Positions 27,069 through 34,520 of a stretch of 37,078 nucleotides of DNA are shown here, in pieces (position 1 is the first letter of the stretch; the number at the start of each line of letters is the position of its first letter). Where the stretch lies: IMG/VR virus record IMGVR_UViG_2537562172_000008. One strand, 5' to 3'. Under the pieces are notes generated by a model, which made no database searches, was not told where the DNA came from, and saw nothing but the letters and a program-made list of their open reading frames with translations. The stretch is from a virus. Taxonomy: Duplodnaviria; Heunggongvirae; Uroviricota; Caudoviricetes. The position numbers were made by a program, and so were the translations under genes.

Positions 27069-27413
27069 TCAGAACTCTTCGATGTTCCAGCCACCACCTG
27101 CTTTCTTTGGCTTAACCGTTACCCCGATGATTCGGAACGGATACTGATCTGCGGCGACTTTGGTTTTCACCCTGGCGTCGTCGGTCCAGAAACCTTTCAC
27201 TTCGTGCAGTTACATCTCGCCGGTGGCGAGCATCACAGCGAAATCGGGCGTATAAAACGTGTTATCAGCTAACCGCAGCTTGATACCCTCGAATCGATAC
27301 CAGGCGATTTCCCCTGCACGTTTACGCTGCTCAAGGTGCTGGCAATACGCAGATTCTGTTTTGTTCATCTGTCCTGTTTTGAGTCGACCAAGAGCCTGTA
27401 TCTGTTTTCTCAT
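27069..27413 (-). pseudogene. small PD-(D/E)XK-type nuclease interrupted by one in-frame TAA (ochre) codon at 27210-27212
   Basis: ATG 27411-27413 opens a 67-codon ORF ending ...YTPDFAVMLATGEM-TAA; the same frame continues LHEVKGFWTDDARVKTKVAADQYPFRIIGVTVKPKKAGGGWNIEEF to TGA at 27069-27071. The catalytic D (PDF) and E-V-K lie on opposite sides of the stop. Confidence 0.6.
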
Positions 27414-27416
27414 GAT

Positions 27417-27493
27417 TTACCTCTGAGGTAATTAAAAACCACATAAGACACGAAATCAATAGATCTAAGAATATTTTGTTACCCATTGGGTAA
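27417..27493. promoter_or_regulatory. two operator-like palindromes TTACCTCTGAGGTAA (27417-27431) and TTACCCATTGGGTAA (27479-27493) flanking a promoter-like TTGATT ... TTTAAT on the minus strand
   Basis: Both are perfect TTACC-N5-GGTAA; they occupy the 117-bp gap between the P-like gene and the interrupted nuclease gene. Confidence 0.45.
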
Positions 27494-27530
27494 CTACACA
27501 GGCGTAAAAAAATGCGCTGCCGCGCTGGTG

Positions 27531-28331
27531 CTACCTGATGAGTCCTGCCGCCTTTCCTCGCCTGTATTCCTCCATCAGCCACTGCGCCGGTGTTATTCCC
27601 CCAAGGGTGGCGGCGTTAGGCATGCACCCGAAACTTCGCCCTGGTGGATGGTAAACGTCTCTGCCTGTGTCCGGAGATGTACTCATGGGTTCTGGCTTTG
27701 CCTGTATGCTGATCACCGGATCGGGTATCTGCTGTCCGGAAGCCACCTTTTTCGCCCAATCATCGAGCAGCCTGCGCGCGTGTTTCTCAACCTCAATCTC
27801 GCTAAGCTGGCGCTGATACATTGCACGGCGGGTATCACATACGACCCAGTACATAACCGGATGCCGCCACGGGAATCTTTCGGGACCACCAGGATATAAA
27901 CTTTTTTCCTTGCTGTACCGGTGAAACTCCGCCATCACATCGTCAATGGTGACGCCAAGAACCATCTTGCTGTCTTTGCACCACTTGATGAATTGCCCTG
28001 GCGACGGCCAGAACGGAGACTCACTGGCGCGGGCGTGGCGCATACCAGCAGAAACCTGTTCACGGGTTCGGATCCCCCCTTCGGCAAACGCAGCAATCCA
28101 CTGCTGTTTTGCAGCAACTTCCTGCTCTGGCGTCTTCAGGTTGGTTACCACTGCCGCCGGAAACAGTTGTTTCAGCTGTTTGAAAAGGGCATCAACAAGC
28201 CTCTCTGCTGACATGTTCACCACGTTGTCATTGTTGGTGTACTGATGCTCATAACCTGACATGCGAGAAAGGGCTTCTCCGTCACGGTTTTGTATTGCGG
28301 TAAAAACGTTGTTCACAAGAAATCCTCCCAC
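27531..28331 (-). CDS. replication protein P-like (helicase loader)
   Basis: 266 aa; SAGMRHARASESPFWPSPGQFIKWC ... LYPGGPERFPWRHPVMYWVV aligns by eye with lambda P NAGMRVARRQNRPFLPSPGQFVAWC ... LYPDAESYPWKSNAHYWLV (lambda P recalled from memory). Confidence 0.7.
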   Translation of the reverse strand: MGGFLVNNVFTAIQNRDGEALSRMSGYEHQYTNNDNVVNMSAERLVDALFKQLKQLFPAAVVTNLKTPEQEVAAKQQWIAAFAEGGIRTREQVSAGMRHARASESPFWPSPGQFIKWCKDSKMVLGVTIDDVMAEFHRYSKEKSLYPGGPERFPWRHPVMYWVVCDTRRAMYQRQLSEIEVEKHARRLLDDWAKKVASGQQIPDPVISIQAKPEPMSTSPDTGRDVYHPPGRSFGCMPNAATLGGITPAQWLMEEYRRGKAAGLIR

Positions 28332-29128
28332 GCTTCAGGGCTGTTCCAGTGCGGAACGTTGTTATCAGGTAATGTTGATTGCTTCTGTCTGCTAATCTGC
28401 AGCCGCCTTGCCAGCTTCTGCTCCCACTGTGCCTGATGGTATGCCTTACCCTCAGCCATCCAGTAAATTCTGAACTCTGCAAGTTCCTGTGCCGTTGGCA
28501 GACTGTCCAGGTAGATCCCCTGCAATGAGCTTTTCCGAAGAAAGTCATCTGATGGCTGCCATTGTTCATGCATGACAAATTTGCCTAATTGCCCTGGCCC
28601 ACCAGGAGGAACAAAGTTATTCATCACGGCGTTGTTTGCGCCGGGGTCATGATGCACAGAATCCCCGGTTTTTGTCCTGCTCTCCCTCTCTTGGTTAAAT
28701 GACTGGTTATATGACTGGTTCTGGATCCCGTTTTTGGGATCATTCAACATCCCGTTTTTGGGATCATTCAACATCCCGTTTTTGGGTATATTCCCGTTTT
28801 CGGTAACATTACCGTTTTCGGGTTCATTACCCCCTTCCCGGTTGCCTTTAATGTTCCCGTTTTTGGTTATATTAAGAGAGAAAACCCGCACTCTTTTCGT
28901 CGCTCCCTTTCTCTCTCCGGTATCTGAAATAAGCCCCATTTTCATGAGCGATATAAGTCCGGCCTGCACGGTTTTTTTATTCAGGCAAGTGTCTTTAACT
29001 AGGCGTTCTATGCTGGGGTAGCAGAGGTTATATTCATCGGCTCTGTCAGCCATCGAGAGCAGTATGAGCTTTAATGATGAGCTGCCTGGATCTGTCTCCC
29101 AGGCCCAATCTGTTGCATGTCTGCTCAT
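28313..29128 (-). CDS. replication initiator (O-like, iteron-binding)
   Basis: 271 aa; N-terminal winged-helix-like region, central tandem peptide repeats (NDPKNGML x2 plus degenerate copies) encoded by DNA iterons, conserved phage replication-protein-type C-terminus; overlaps the P-like gene start. Confidence 0.6.
   Translation of the reverse strand: MSRHATDWAWETDPGSSSLKLILLSMADRADEYNLCYPSIERLVKDTCLNKKTVQAGLISLMKMGLISDTGERKGATKRVRVFSLNITKNGNIKGNREGGNEPENGNVTENGNIPKNGMLNDPKNGMLNDPKNGIQNQSYNQSFNQERESRTKTGDSVHHDPGANNAVMNNFVPPGGPGQLGKFVMHEQWQPSDDFLRKSSLQGIYLDSLPTAQELAEFRIYWMAEGKAYHQAQWEQKLARRLQISRQKQSTLPDNNVPHWNSPEAWEDFL
28725..28871. repeat. origin iterons inside the O-like gene
   Basis: Two perfect 24-bp tandem units TCCCGTTTTTGGGATCATTCAACA (28725-28748, 28749-28772) followed by at least four degenerate 18-bp units sharing the core CCGTTTT(T/C)GG. 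Confidence 0.65.
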
Positions 29129-29143
29129 GATTAATCTCCGCTA

Positions 29144-29344
29144 TCAGCTTGAGTGTTGTGGGGAGGAATTAATCATGATCTGCTTAATCTCTGCCCTGAT
29201 GCGACGGTTTGATTCCATGGTGCACTCAACACAGTGTCCGTTGTAAACCCAGCGTTCACTGTCATGTCCGTGCTTACATTGTTTTCCGGTGTAATAGCGT
29301 TTAAGTCCGCGCTTTGCGGCATCAATACGTGTAATGATTTCCAT
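29144..29344 (-). CDS. hypothetical zinc-ribbon protein, 66 aa
   Basis: ORF track starts at 29413; internal ATG 29342-29344 has an AGGG RBS 6 nt upstream. Contains C-x-H-G-H ... C-x2-C (KQCKHGHDSERWVYNGHCVEC). Confidence 0.45.
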   Translation of the reverse strand: MEIITRIDAAKRGLKRYYTGKQCKHGHDSERWVYNGHCVECTMESNRRIRAEIKQIMINSSPQHSS

Positions 29345-29424
29345 GGTAAGCCCTGTTATTAGTATTGGGATTACGGTCATTTTGTGCTGACACAAAAAAA
29401 AGATCAACCACATTTGGTTTTTTA

Positions 29425-29439
29425 TTACCTTTGAGGTGC
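29425..29439. promoter_or_regulatory. degenerate operator copy TTACCTTTGAGGTGC downstream of the cro terminator
   Basis: Left half-site perfect, right half GGTGC instead of GGTAA. Confidence 0.35.
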
Positions 29440-29440
29440 G

Positions 29441-29473
29441 AATAGATATGAAAAGACCGCCGGATGGCGGTCT
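29441..29473 (-). terminator. intrinsic terminator after the cro-like gene (tR1-like position)
   Basis: AGACCGCC-GGAT-GGCGGTCT hairpin (29454-29473); the minus-strand transcript continues UUUUCAUAUCUAUU. Confidence 0.5.
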
Positions 29474-29494
29474 ACAGAGGGTTGTGGCTGGATA

Positions 29495-29725
29495 TCATGA
29501 GTAGAAGAAGTATGCCAGTTCTGCTTTTGAGCGCAGCCATTGTCTTGTTTTACAGGCTTTAAAAAGCCCATTCATCAATACCTTACCTGGCATTTTGCGC
29601 TTACCTGTTAAGTGAGTCTGGATATAGTGACTCGTCGTTCCGGCTTCCTGTGCGAAGGCTTCACGCTCATCCGGAGTAAGTGCAAGCCAGTGCTTTTTGA
29701 AATCGAAATGTCCGTTATCGCTCAT
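29495..29725 (-). CDS. Cro-like HTH regulator
   Basis: 76-aa ORF divergent from the repressor gene across the operator cluster; HTH-like segment LTPDEREAFAQEAGTTSHYIQTHLTGKR. Confidence 0.6.
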   Translation of the reverse strand: MSDNGHFDFKKHWLALTPDEREAFAQEAGTTSHYIQTHLTGKRKMPGKVLMNGLFKACKTRQWLRSKAELAYFFYS

Positions 29726-29761
29726 AGCTATTGCCTGATATTTATTTCAGATAATAAATAT

Positions 29762-29824
29762 TCACCCATAAGGTAACAAAAATCAAGGATAGTTACCTAT
29801 GGGGTGCATTTACCTGTTGGGTAA
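29762..29824. promoter_or_regulatory. O_R-like operator cluster (three sites) between cro-like and repressor genes
   Basis: TCACCCATAAGGTAA (29762-29776, one mismatch), TTACCTATGGGGTGC (29793-29807, degenerate right half) and perfect TTACCTGTTGGGTAA (29810-29824) in the 154-bp divergent intergenic region. Confidence 0.6.
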
Positions 29825-29879
29825 TATTGCTTTAAATTGAATCATCTACTGATTCATATATGAGGCGATTTTCCAGAAA

Positions 29880-30464
29880 ATGAAAAGTATCCAGGACGTC
29901 CGCAGGCAAAATCTCAACGACTTGATCGACCGTGAATTCAATGGTGTTCAGACGCGGATGGCAGAAAAACTTGGAACTCAGGCAAATCTGGTAAACCGCT
30001 GGGCTCTTGGCAAGAAGGTTATCGGCGACCAGGTTGCGCGAAAAATTGAAGCTGCCGCCAATAAACCCCGTAACTGGCTTGATATCGATCGCTCGCTTTC
30101 TCAGGAAGGTTTTCAGCCTGTCGGCCCAAGCGACATTGGTCAGCTGGCGGCTCACAACCTGGAACGCTGGATGAGCGAAAGCCGCGACCTTTCAACACAG
30201 GGAAAACTTCACCGCGCATCCGGCGTCGCCCAGGTGACAATCAGCCGCCTGTTAAACAATGAGGTCAGCGTTTCCATTTCCACCCTGGAGAATGTTGCAT
30301 CCGCATTCGGGCGTCACGGCTATGAATTACTGATTCACCCGCACGACCCTGCGACTATCAACTATGACCGCTCGCGCTACGCATTGTTACCCGAAACAGA
30401 GAAGGCAAAGATCGAAAGTTACATTGAATTTGTCATCAACCAGAACGAAAAAAACAAACAATAA
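29880..30464 (+). CDS. prophage repressor (CI-like), tandem-HTH type without autopeptidase domain
   Basis: 194 aa; two XRE-type HTH-like segments (about residues 15-65 and 100-150) and no LexA/S24-like C-terminal domain; followed by a strong terminator and then the early-left promoter with the same operators. Confidence 0.6.
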   Translation: MKSIQDVRRQNLNDLIDREFNGVQTRMAEKLGTQANLVNRWALGKKVIGDQVARKIEAAANKPRNWLDIDRSLSQEGFQPVGPSDIGQLAAHNLERWMSESRDLSTQGKLHRASGVAQVTISRLLNNEVSVSISTLENVASAFGRHGYELLIHPHDPATINYDRSRYALLPETEKAKIESYIEFVINQNEKNKQ

Positions 30465-30484
30465 AATCATATTTTTCAGTAAGT

Positions 30485-30510
30485 AAGCCGCCTCATGGCG
30501 GCTTTTTTAT
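30485..30510 (+). terminator. intrinsic terminator of the repressor transcript
   Basis: AAGCCGCC-TCAT-GGCGGCTT hairpin followed by six T. Confidence 0.7.
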
Positions 30511-30521
30511 TGCCAGCAGGA

Positions 30522-30611
30522 TTACCTTATGGGTAATTTTTTTAACTCATATCTATTGACATCAAACCAGATACGCATAATCATTACCTCAACGGTAACA
30601 GACCGAGGTAA
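30522..30611 (+). promoter_or_regulatory. P_L/O_L-like early-left promoter with operators
   Basis: Perfect operators TTACCTTATGGGTAA (30522-30536) and TTACCTCAACGGTAA (30584-30598) plus half-site GGTAA (30607-30611); TTGACA at 30556-30561 and CATAATCA around 30576-30583 as -35/-10 candidates; GAGG RBS and ATG 30618 follow. Confidence 0.6.
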
Positions 30612-30617
30612 CAAATT

Positions 30618-30767
30618 ATGCAGTGGAAAATCATCAACGGTTGGTACTGCGTTACTGCATGCGGATTCATGAGCTGGAAGTTCCGCACCTTACAGGAAGG
30701 CATTAAGTGGGCTTTCGTCAGCAAAGAAGCTCGCGATGTGGCAAACGATAACGAGATATGGGAGTAG
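30618..30767 (+). CDS. small Trp-rich protein, 49 aa; first gene of the early-left operon
   Basis: Hand-translated MQWKIINGWYCVTACGFMSWKFRTLQEGIKWAFVSKEARDVANDNEIWE; GAGG 9 nt upstream of the ATG; below the ORF track size cut-off. Confidence 0.4.
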   Translation: MQWKIINGWYCVTACGFMSWKFRTLQEGIKWAFVSKEARDVANDNEIWE

Positions 30768-30775
30768 GTTAGCAA

Positions 30776-31810
30776 ATGAGTGAATTATCAATCATCGAAA
30801 TCACACCAGACATGGCACCAAGAATTTACGTTGAAAAAGGGCTGGAAAAGTTTCTCGAGCAGATCCGTGAAGGTGTTAATGAAGTGCCTGACATTAGCAC
30901 AGACAAAGGCAGAAAGCGCATTGCATCTCTGGCTGCGAAGGTTTCAAGAAGTAAAACAGCGGTAGAAAAACCAGGACGTGATTATCTGAAACGCCTGAAA
31001 GAACAGCCGAAAGTAGTTGAAGCAGAGTTACGACGCTTCGTAACCGAATGCGATCGGCTTCGTGATGAAGTACGCCGCCCACTCACCGAGTGGGAAAATG
31101 CTGAGAAATTACGCACTGAAGCACTGCAACAACGCCTGACAAATTTGCGAGCACTAGCTGACGTGATCGATCTCTCCGGAAACTACTTGCCATCATCTGA
31201 TATTCAGGAACGAATTCAAGAGGCTAAATCAGTAGCACTTGATGAAAGTTGGCAGGAGTACGCAGCAGAAGCTGGAGTAGCCAAGGATTCAACCATCCAG
31301 AAACTGGAAGAATCACTCGCAGTAGCTCAAAAACGCGAGCATGAAGCCGATGAGCTGGAGCGACTTCGCAAAGAAGCGGAGGAAAAAGCGCGCATTGAGC
31401 GAGAAGAGAATATCCGCCGGGAAGCTGCTGAACAGGCCAGGCTCGAAGCTGAACAAAAAGCGAAAGCTGAAATTGAGGCTGCGGCACGCCTGGCGGTGGA
31501 AGAAAAAGCACGTGCTGAAGTAGCAGAACGTCAGCGAATTGAAGCAGAGCAGCGTGCACGACGCGAAAAAGAAGAAGCCGTTGCCGAGGAACGCCGACGC
31601 CAAGAGGCGGCAGAAAAAGCCCGCCTTGACGAACAGAAGCGTATCGCCGACGAAGAAGCGCGCCGAGCTGCAGATAAAGAGCATCGCCGTACCGTTAACA
31701 GCAGAGTAATCGCAGATCTGATAGCCCAAGGCATTCCCGAAGAATTCGCGCAGAAAGCAATGTTGGCTATCGCTGGCGGCAAAGTGCAGGACGCGTATAT
31801 CAAATATTGA
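30776..31810 (+). CDS. coiled-coil protein with Glu/Ala/Arg-rich low-complexity centre; function unknown
   Basis: 344 aa; residues about 180-300 are an EAEQKAKAEIEAAARLAVEEKARAEV-type charged helix; globular N- and C-terminal ends. Confidence 0.55.
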   Translation: MSELSIIEITPDMAPRIYVEKGLEKFLEQIREGVNEVPDISTDKGRKRIASLAAKVSRSKTAVEKPGRDYLKRLKEQPKVVEAELRRFVTECDRLRDEVRRPLTEWENAEKLRTEALQQRLTNLRALADVIDLSGNYLPSSDIQERIQEAKSVALDESWQEYAAEAGVAKDSTIQKLEESLAVAQKREHEADELERLRKEAEEKARIEREENIRREAAEQARLEAEQKAKAEIEAAARLAVEEKARAEVAERQRIEAEQRARREKEEAVAEERRRQEAAEKARLDEQKRIADEEARRAADKEHRRTVNSRVIADLIAQGIPEEFAQKAMLAIAGGKVQDAYIKY

Positions 31811-31817
31811 GGTGGGT

Positions 31818-32117
31818 ATGAACGTTAATCAGCAGAAAAATCTTCAAAAAATCATGCTGGCATTCGACAAGGACTACCGCCTGTCAGAACAGCTATATGA
31901 CCGACAAGTTGAACTGATTGAGAGTATCCGGCTTCATCAACTGGCATCAACTTTCGACGTTGTAACAGTTAAAGGCGTTCGCCAGGAAGTACTAGAGGCC
32001 GCTAAAGACAGCCCTGAGTTCGAAGAACTAATGGATGCCTACCGGCGCGAGGCAATGGCAATTATCGCCCGCTGGGATCTGGCTGATCAGATTGATGGGC
32101 AGAGGGACGCGGCATGA
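31818..32117 (+). CDS. hypothetical protein
   Basis: ORF track start is GTG 31812; ATG 31818 has a GAGG RBS 5 nt upstream; 99 aa; coupled to the exonuclease gene (ATGA overlap). Confidence 0.5.
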   Translation: MNVNQQKNLQKIMLAFDKDYRLSEQLYDRQVELIESIRLHQLASTFDVVTVKGVRQEVLEAAKDSPEFEELMDAYRREAMAIIARWDLADQIDGQRDAA

Positions 32118-32935
32118 ATCCGGGAATTTATTTCGATATCAGCAACGATGACTACCACGCCGGTGACGGCGTGAGTAAGTCGCAGCTAGATATGGTGGCT
32201 AAGAACCCTGCCCTTCTGAAATGGGTGAAGGCTGCTCCGGAAGACGAAGAGAAGAAGTCTGCACTGGACATGGGTACTGCTCTGCACTGTCTGCTTCTGG
32301 AACCTGGAGAGTTTGACAAACGCTTCATCGTTTCACCGAAATTCGATCGTCGGACAAAACAAGGTAAAGCTGACGAAGAGGCATTTATTCGTGATGTAGC
32401 GGATATGGGGATTTCGGTACTTGATGCAGAGCAGTGGCGAAAACTGGAGCTGATGCGTGCTAGCGCAATGGCTCACCCGGCGGCACGCTGGATGTTGGAA
32501 GCACCTGGTTACTGCGAAGCATCAATGTACTGGAACGATGAAGATACGGGTGAGTTGTGCCGAATTCGTCCAGACAAATGGCTGAACGAGCACAACGTGA
32601 TCGTCGACGTGAAAAAGGTTGCAGATATGGACCGTTTTGCACGCCACATCGAGGAATTCCGCTACCACGTGCAGGACGCAATGTACCGCGAAGGCGCAAT
32701 GAGGGTTACTGGTCAGCCGCATGGTTTTTTCTTTCTTGCCGTGAGCGAAAGCATTGATTGTGGTCGGTATCCGGTACGCGTGTTCGAGCTGGATGCGCCG
32801 GATGTCGATGCCGGGCACGCTCTGTTCCACCGGGATCTGAATACCTATCACGAATGCCGCATCAACGATGAGTGGGGCGGAGTGGAAATTATTAAACGCC
32901 CTGACTGGGCACGTAAACAGGATATGTACGTATGA
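32114..32935 (+). CDS. RecE-like 5'-3' exonuclease (PD-(D/E)XK superfamily)
   Basis: 273 aa; D ... E-x-K-type arrangement around IRPDKW ... VIVDVKKV; immediately upstream of and overlapping the annealase gene, the usual exonuclease/annealase pairing. Confidence 0.55.
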   Translation: MNPGIYFDISNDDYHAGDGVSKSQLDMVAKNPALLKWVKAAPEDEEKKSALDMGTALHCLLLEPGEFDKRFIVSPKFDRRTKQGKADEEAFIRDVADMGISVLDAEQWRKLELMRASAMAHPAARWMLEAPGYCEASMYWNDEDTGELCRIRPDKWLNEHNVIVDVKKVADMDRFARHIEEFRYHVQDAMYREGAMRVTGQPHGFFFLAVSESIDCGRYPVRVFELDAPDVDAGHALFHRDLNTYHECRINDEWGGVEIIKRPDWARKQDMYV

Positions 32936-33813
32936 GCAATGATATCGCAATCACATCACAACCAGGCGCAACTGTAGGTACTGCTGCGGCAATCTTCAGC
33001 CCGGAGGGCATGAATCAACTGGTGCGTTTCGCGGAGTTGATGTCACAAAGCAAAGCGACTGTACCGAAACATCTTGAAGGCAAACCTTCCGATTGTCTGG
33101 CGGTGACCATGCAGGCGGCACAGTGGGGAATGAATCCTTTCGCCGTGGCGCAGAAAACGCATGTGGTAAACGGAACGTTAGGCTACGAAGCACAGTTGGT
33201 AAACGCGGTCGTATCCTCTTCCAGCCTGCTAGCGACACGCCTGAATTATCGCTGGAGCGGTGACTGGTCGAATGTTAACGGCAAAACAGATAAATCACCG
33301 AATCTGACGGTAACTGTGTCAGCAGTTCTTAAAGGAGAAGCAGAACCCCGTGAGCTTACCATCAGTATGGCGCAAGCCGGAGTGCGTAACTCTCCATTGT
33401 GGGAACAGGATCCGCGCCAGCAGCTTGCCTATCTTTGCACGAAACGATGGGCTCGCCTGCACGCTCCTGATGTACTTCTCGGTGTTTACACCCCTGACGA
33501 ATTACAGGAAACGGCACCGCGCGTTGAGCGAGACATTACTCCGCAAACGACCACTGCTGCGGGAATGAACAGTCTGATCAACGCTAAACCAGCGAAAAAG
33601 CCTGATGAGCAAACGCGTAAAGCGGATAGCCGTGATCCAGAAGAAATGCTGATGGCCTTTACCAGCGCAGCGATGAATTACATCACTGTCTCCGAACTGG
33701 ATAAGGCTTACAAATACATTGCACAAAAACTTTCAGATGATGACGAACTGCTGGCAAAAGCCACCGACGTTTACAGCGTTCGTCGGGAAGAATTAAACGA
33801 AACATCTATGTAA
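32932..33813 (+). CDS. single-strand annealing protein, RecT/Red-beta (Bet) family
   Basis: 293 aa; QWGMNPFA aligns with the QYGLNPW segment of lambda Bet, and the C-terminal ERDITP is shared with lambda Bet (recalled from memory). Confidence 0.6.
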   Translation: MSNDIAITSQPGATVGTAAAIFSPEGMNQLVRFAELMSQSKATVPKHLEGKPSDCLAVTMQAAQWGMNPFAVAQKTHVVNGTLGYEAQLVNAVVSSSSLLATRLNYRWSGDWSNVNGKTDKSPNLTVTVSAVLKGEAEPRELTISMAQAGVRNSPLWEQDPRQQLAYLCTKRWARLHAPDVLLGVYTPDELQETAPRVERDITPQTTTAAGMNSLINAKPAKKPDEQTRKADSRDPEEMLMAFTSAAMNYITVSELDKAYKYIAQKLSDDDELLAKATDVYSVRREELNETSM

Positions 33814-33862
33814 CCACCACCGCGGCGCCACGCGCGCCGCACTGCAACCAAGAGAGGTATTT

Positions 33863-34111
33863 ATGAAAGGTGCATTAGGTAAGAAGGAACTCCTGGCGGT
33901 GGTGCCACTGTCATGGAGCACTATCGACCGTATGGAGCGCGCAGGGGAATTTCCTAAACGCTGGTATATCACCGATAAACGCTGCGCATGGAACCGTGAT
34001 GAAGTTGAGCGTTGGCTTGATGAACGTCAGGCAGCAAGCCCGGCAGAGTTCCAGGGTAAAAAGCCTCCTGTTCAGCAACGTGTATATCGTCCTGTGAGCA
34101 ACGCTGCATGA
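33863..34111 (+). CDS. AlpA-family excisionase / transcriptional regulator
   Basis: 82 aa; LSWSTIDRMERAGEFPKRWYITDKRCAWNRDEVERWL fits the AlpA-type HTH pattern found next to P4-family integrases. Confidence 0.7.
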   Translation: MKGALGKKELLAVVPLSWSTIDRMERAGEFPKRWYITDKRCAWNRDEVERWLDERQAASPAEFQGKKPPVQQRVYRPVSNAA

Positions 34112-34220
34112 GTGCGCTGCTAAGGCACTGGAGCAAATGGTCAGGATGGTACTTATTCCTGGCCTCTGTTTCAGCATGGCTTTATCTGCTGGCATTAATT
34201 TTCAGAGAGGGTTGGATTAA

Positions 34221-34520
34221 GTGAGAAAGTTAAGCCGACTTGAAAAATATCACATGAACAAGGTTTCAATGCGCAGCCATTCAAAGGTTGTTGCCGTTAC
34301 TCCTGCGGCGATAGAGATCGAAAAACGCGCGATTGAAAGAGAGAAAAAAGGGCAGTTCCGCATTGCCGCCCACCTTTGGCTTCAGTGTATGGATGTTGCT
34401 TCTGGTGATGTTGAGCGTGCAAGGATCGCGGTTCGCAGGGACCAATGTATCACAAAAGGTAACGGCCTTCGCCGTGGCGACTATAGCGGCATAGGATGTT
34501 GTGGGGTGGTTTATGACTAA
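34221..34520 (+). CDS. hypothetical small regulator-like protein (possibly ANR-like; weak)
   Basis: 99-aa ORF with GTG start and GAGAGG upstream; helical segment AIEIEKRAIEREKKGQFRIAAHLWLQCMDVASGDVERARIAV recalls ANR-family proteins but is unverified. Confidence 0.4.
   Translation: MRKLSRLEKYHMNKVSMRSHSKVVAVTPAAIEIEKRAIEREKKGQFRIAAHLWLQCMDVASGDVERARIAVRRDQCITKGNGLRRGDYSGIGCCGVVYD

Noticed and set aside
28725..28871. Tandem direct repeats that superficially resemble a short CRISPR array
   Set aside because: They lie inside a coding gene, are degenerate, have no unique spacers of constant length and change period from 24 to 18 bp; they are origin iterons of the O-like initiator.
29880..30464. 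Repressor as a LexA-like autocleaving CI
   Set aside because: No Ala-Gly cleavage site or Ser/Lys dyad-containing C-terminal domain is visible by eye; the C-terminal half looks like a second HTH module. Needs profile confirmation.
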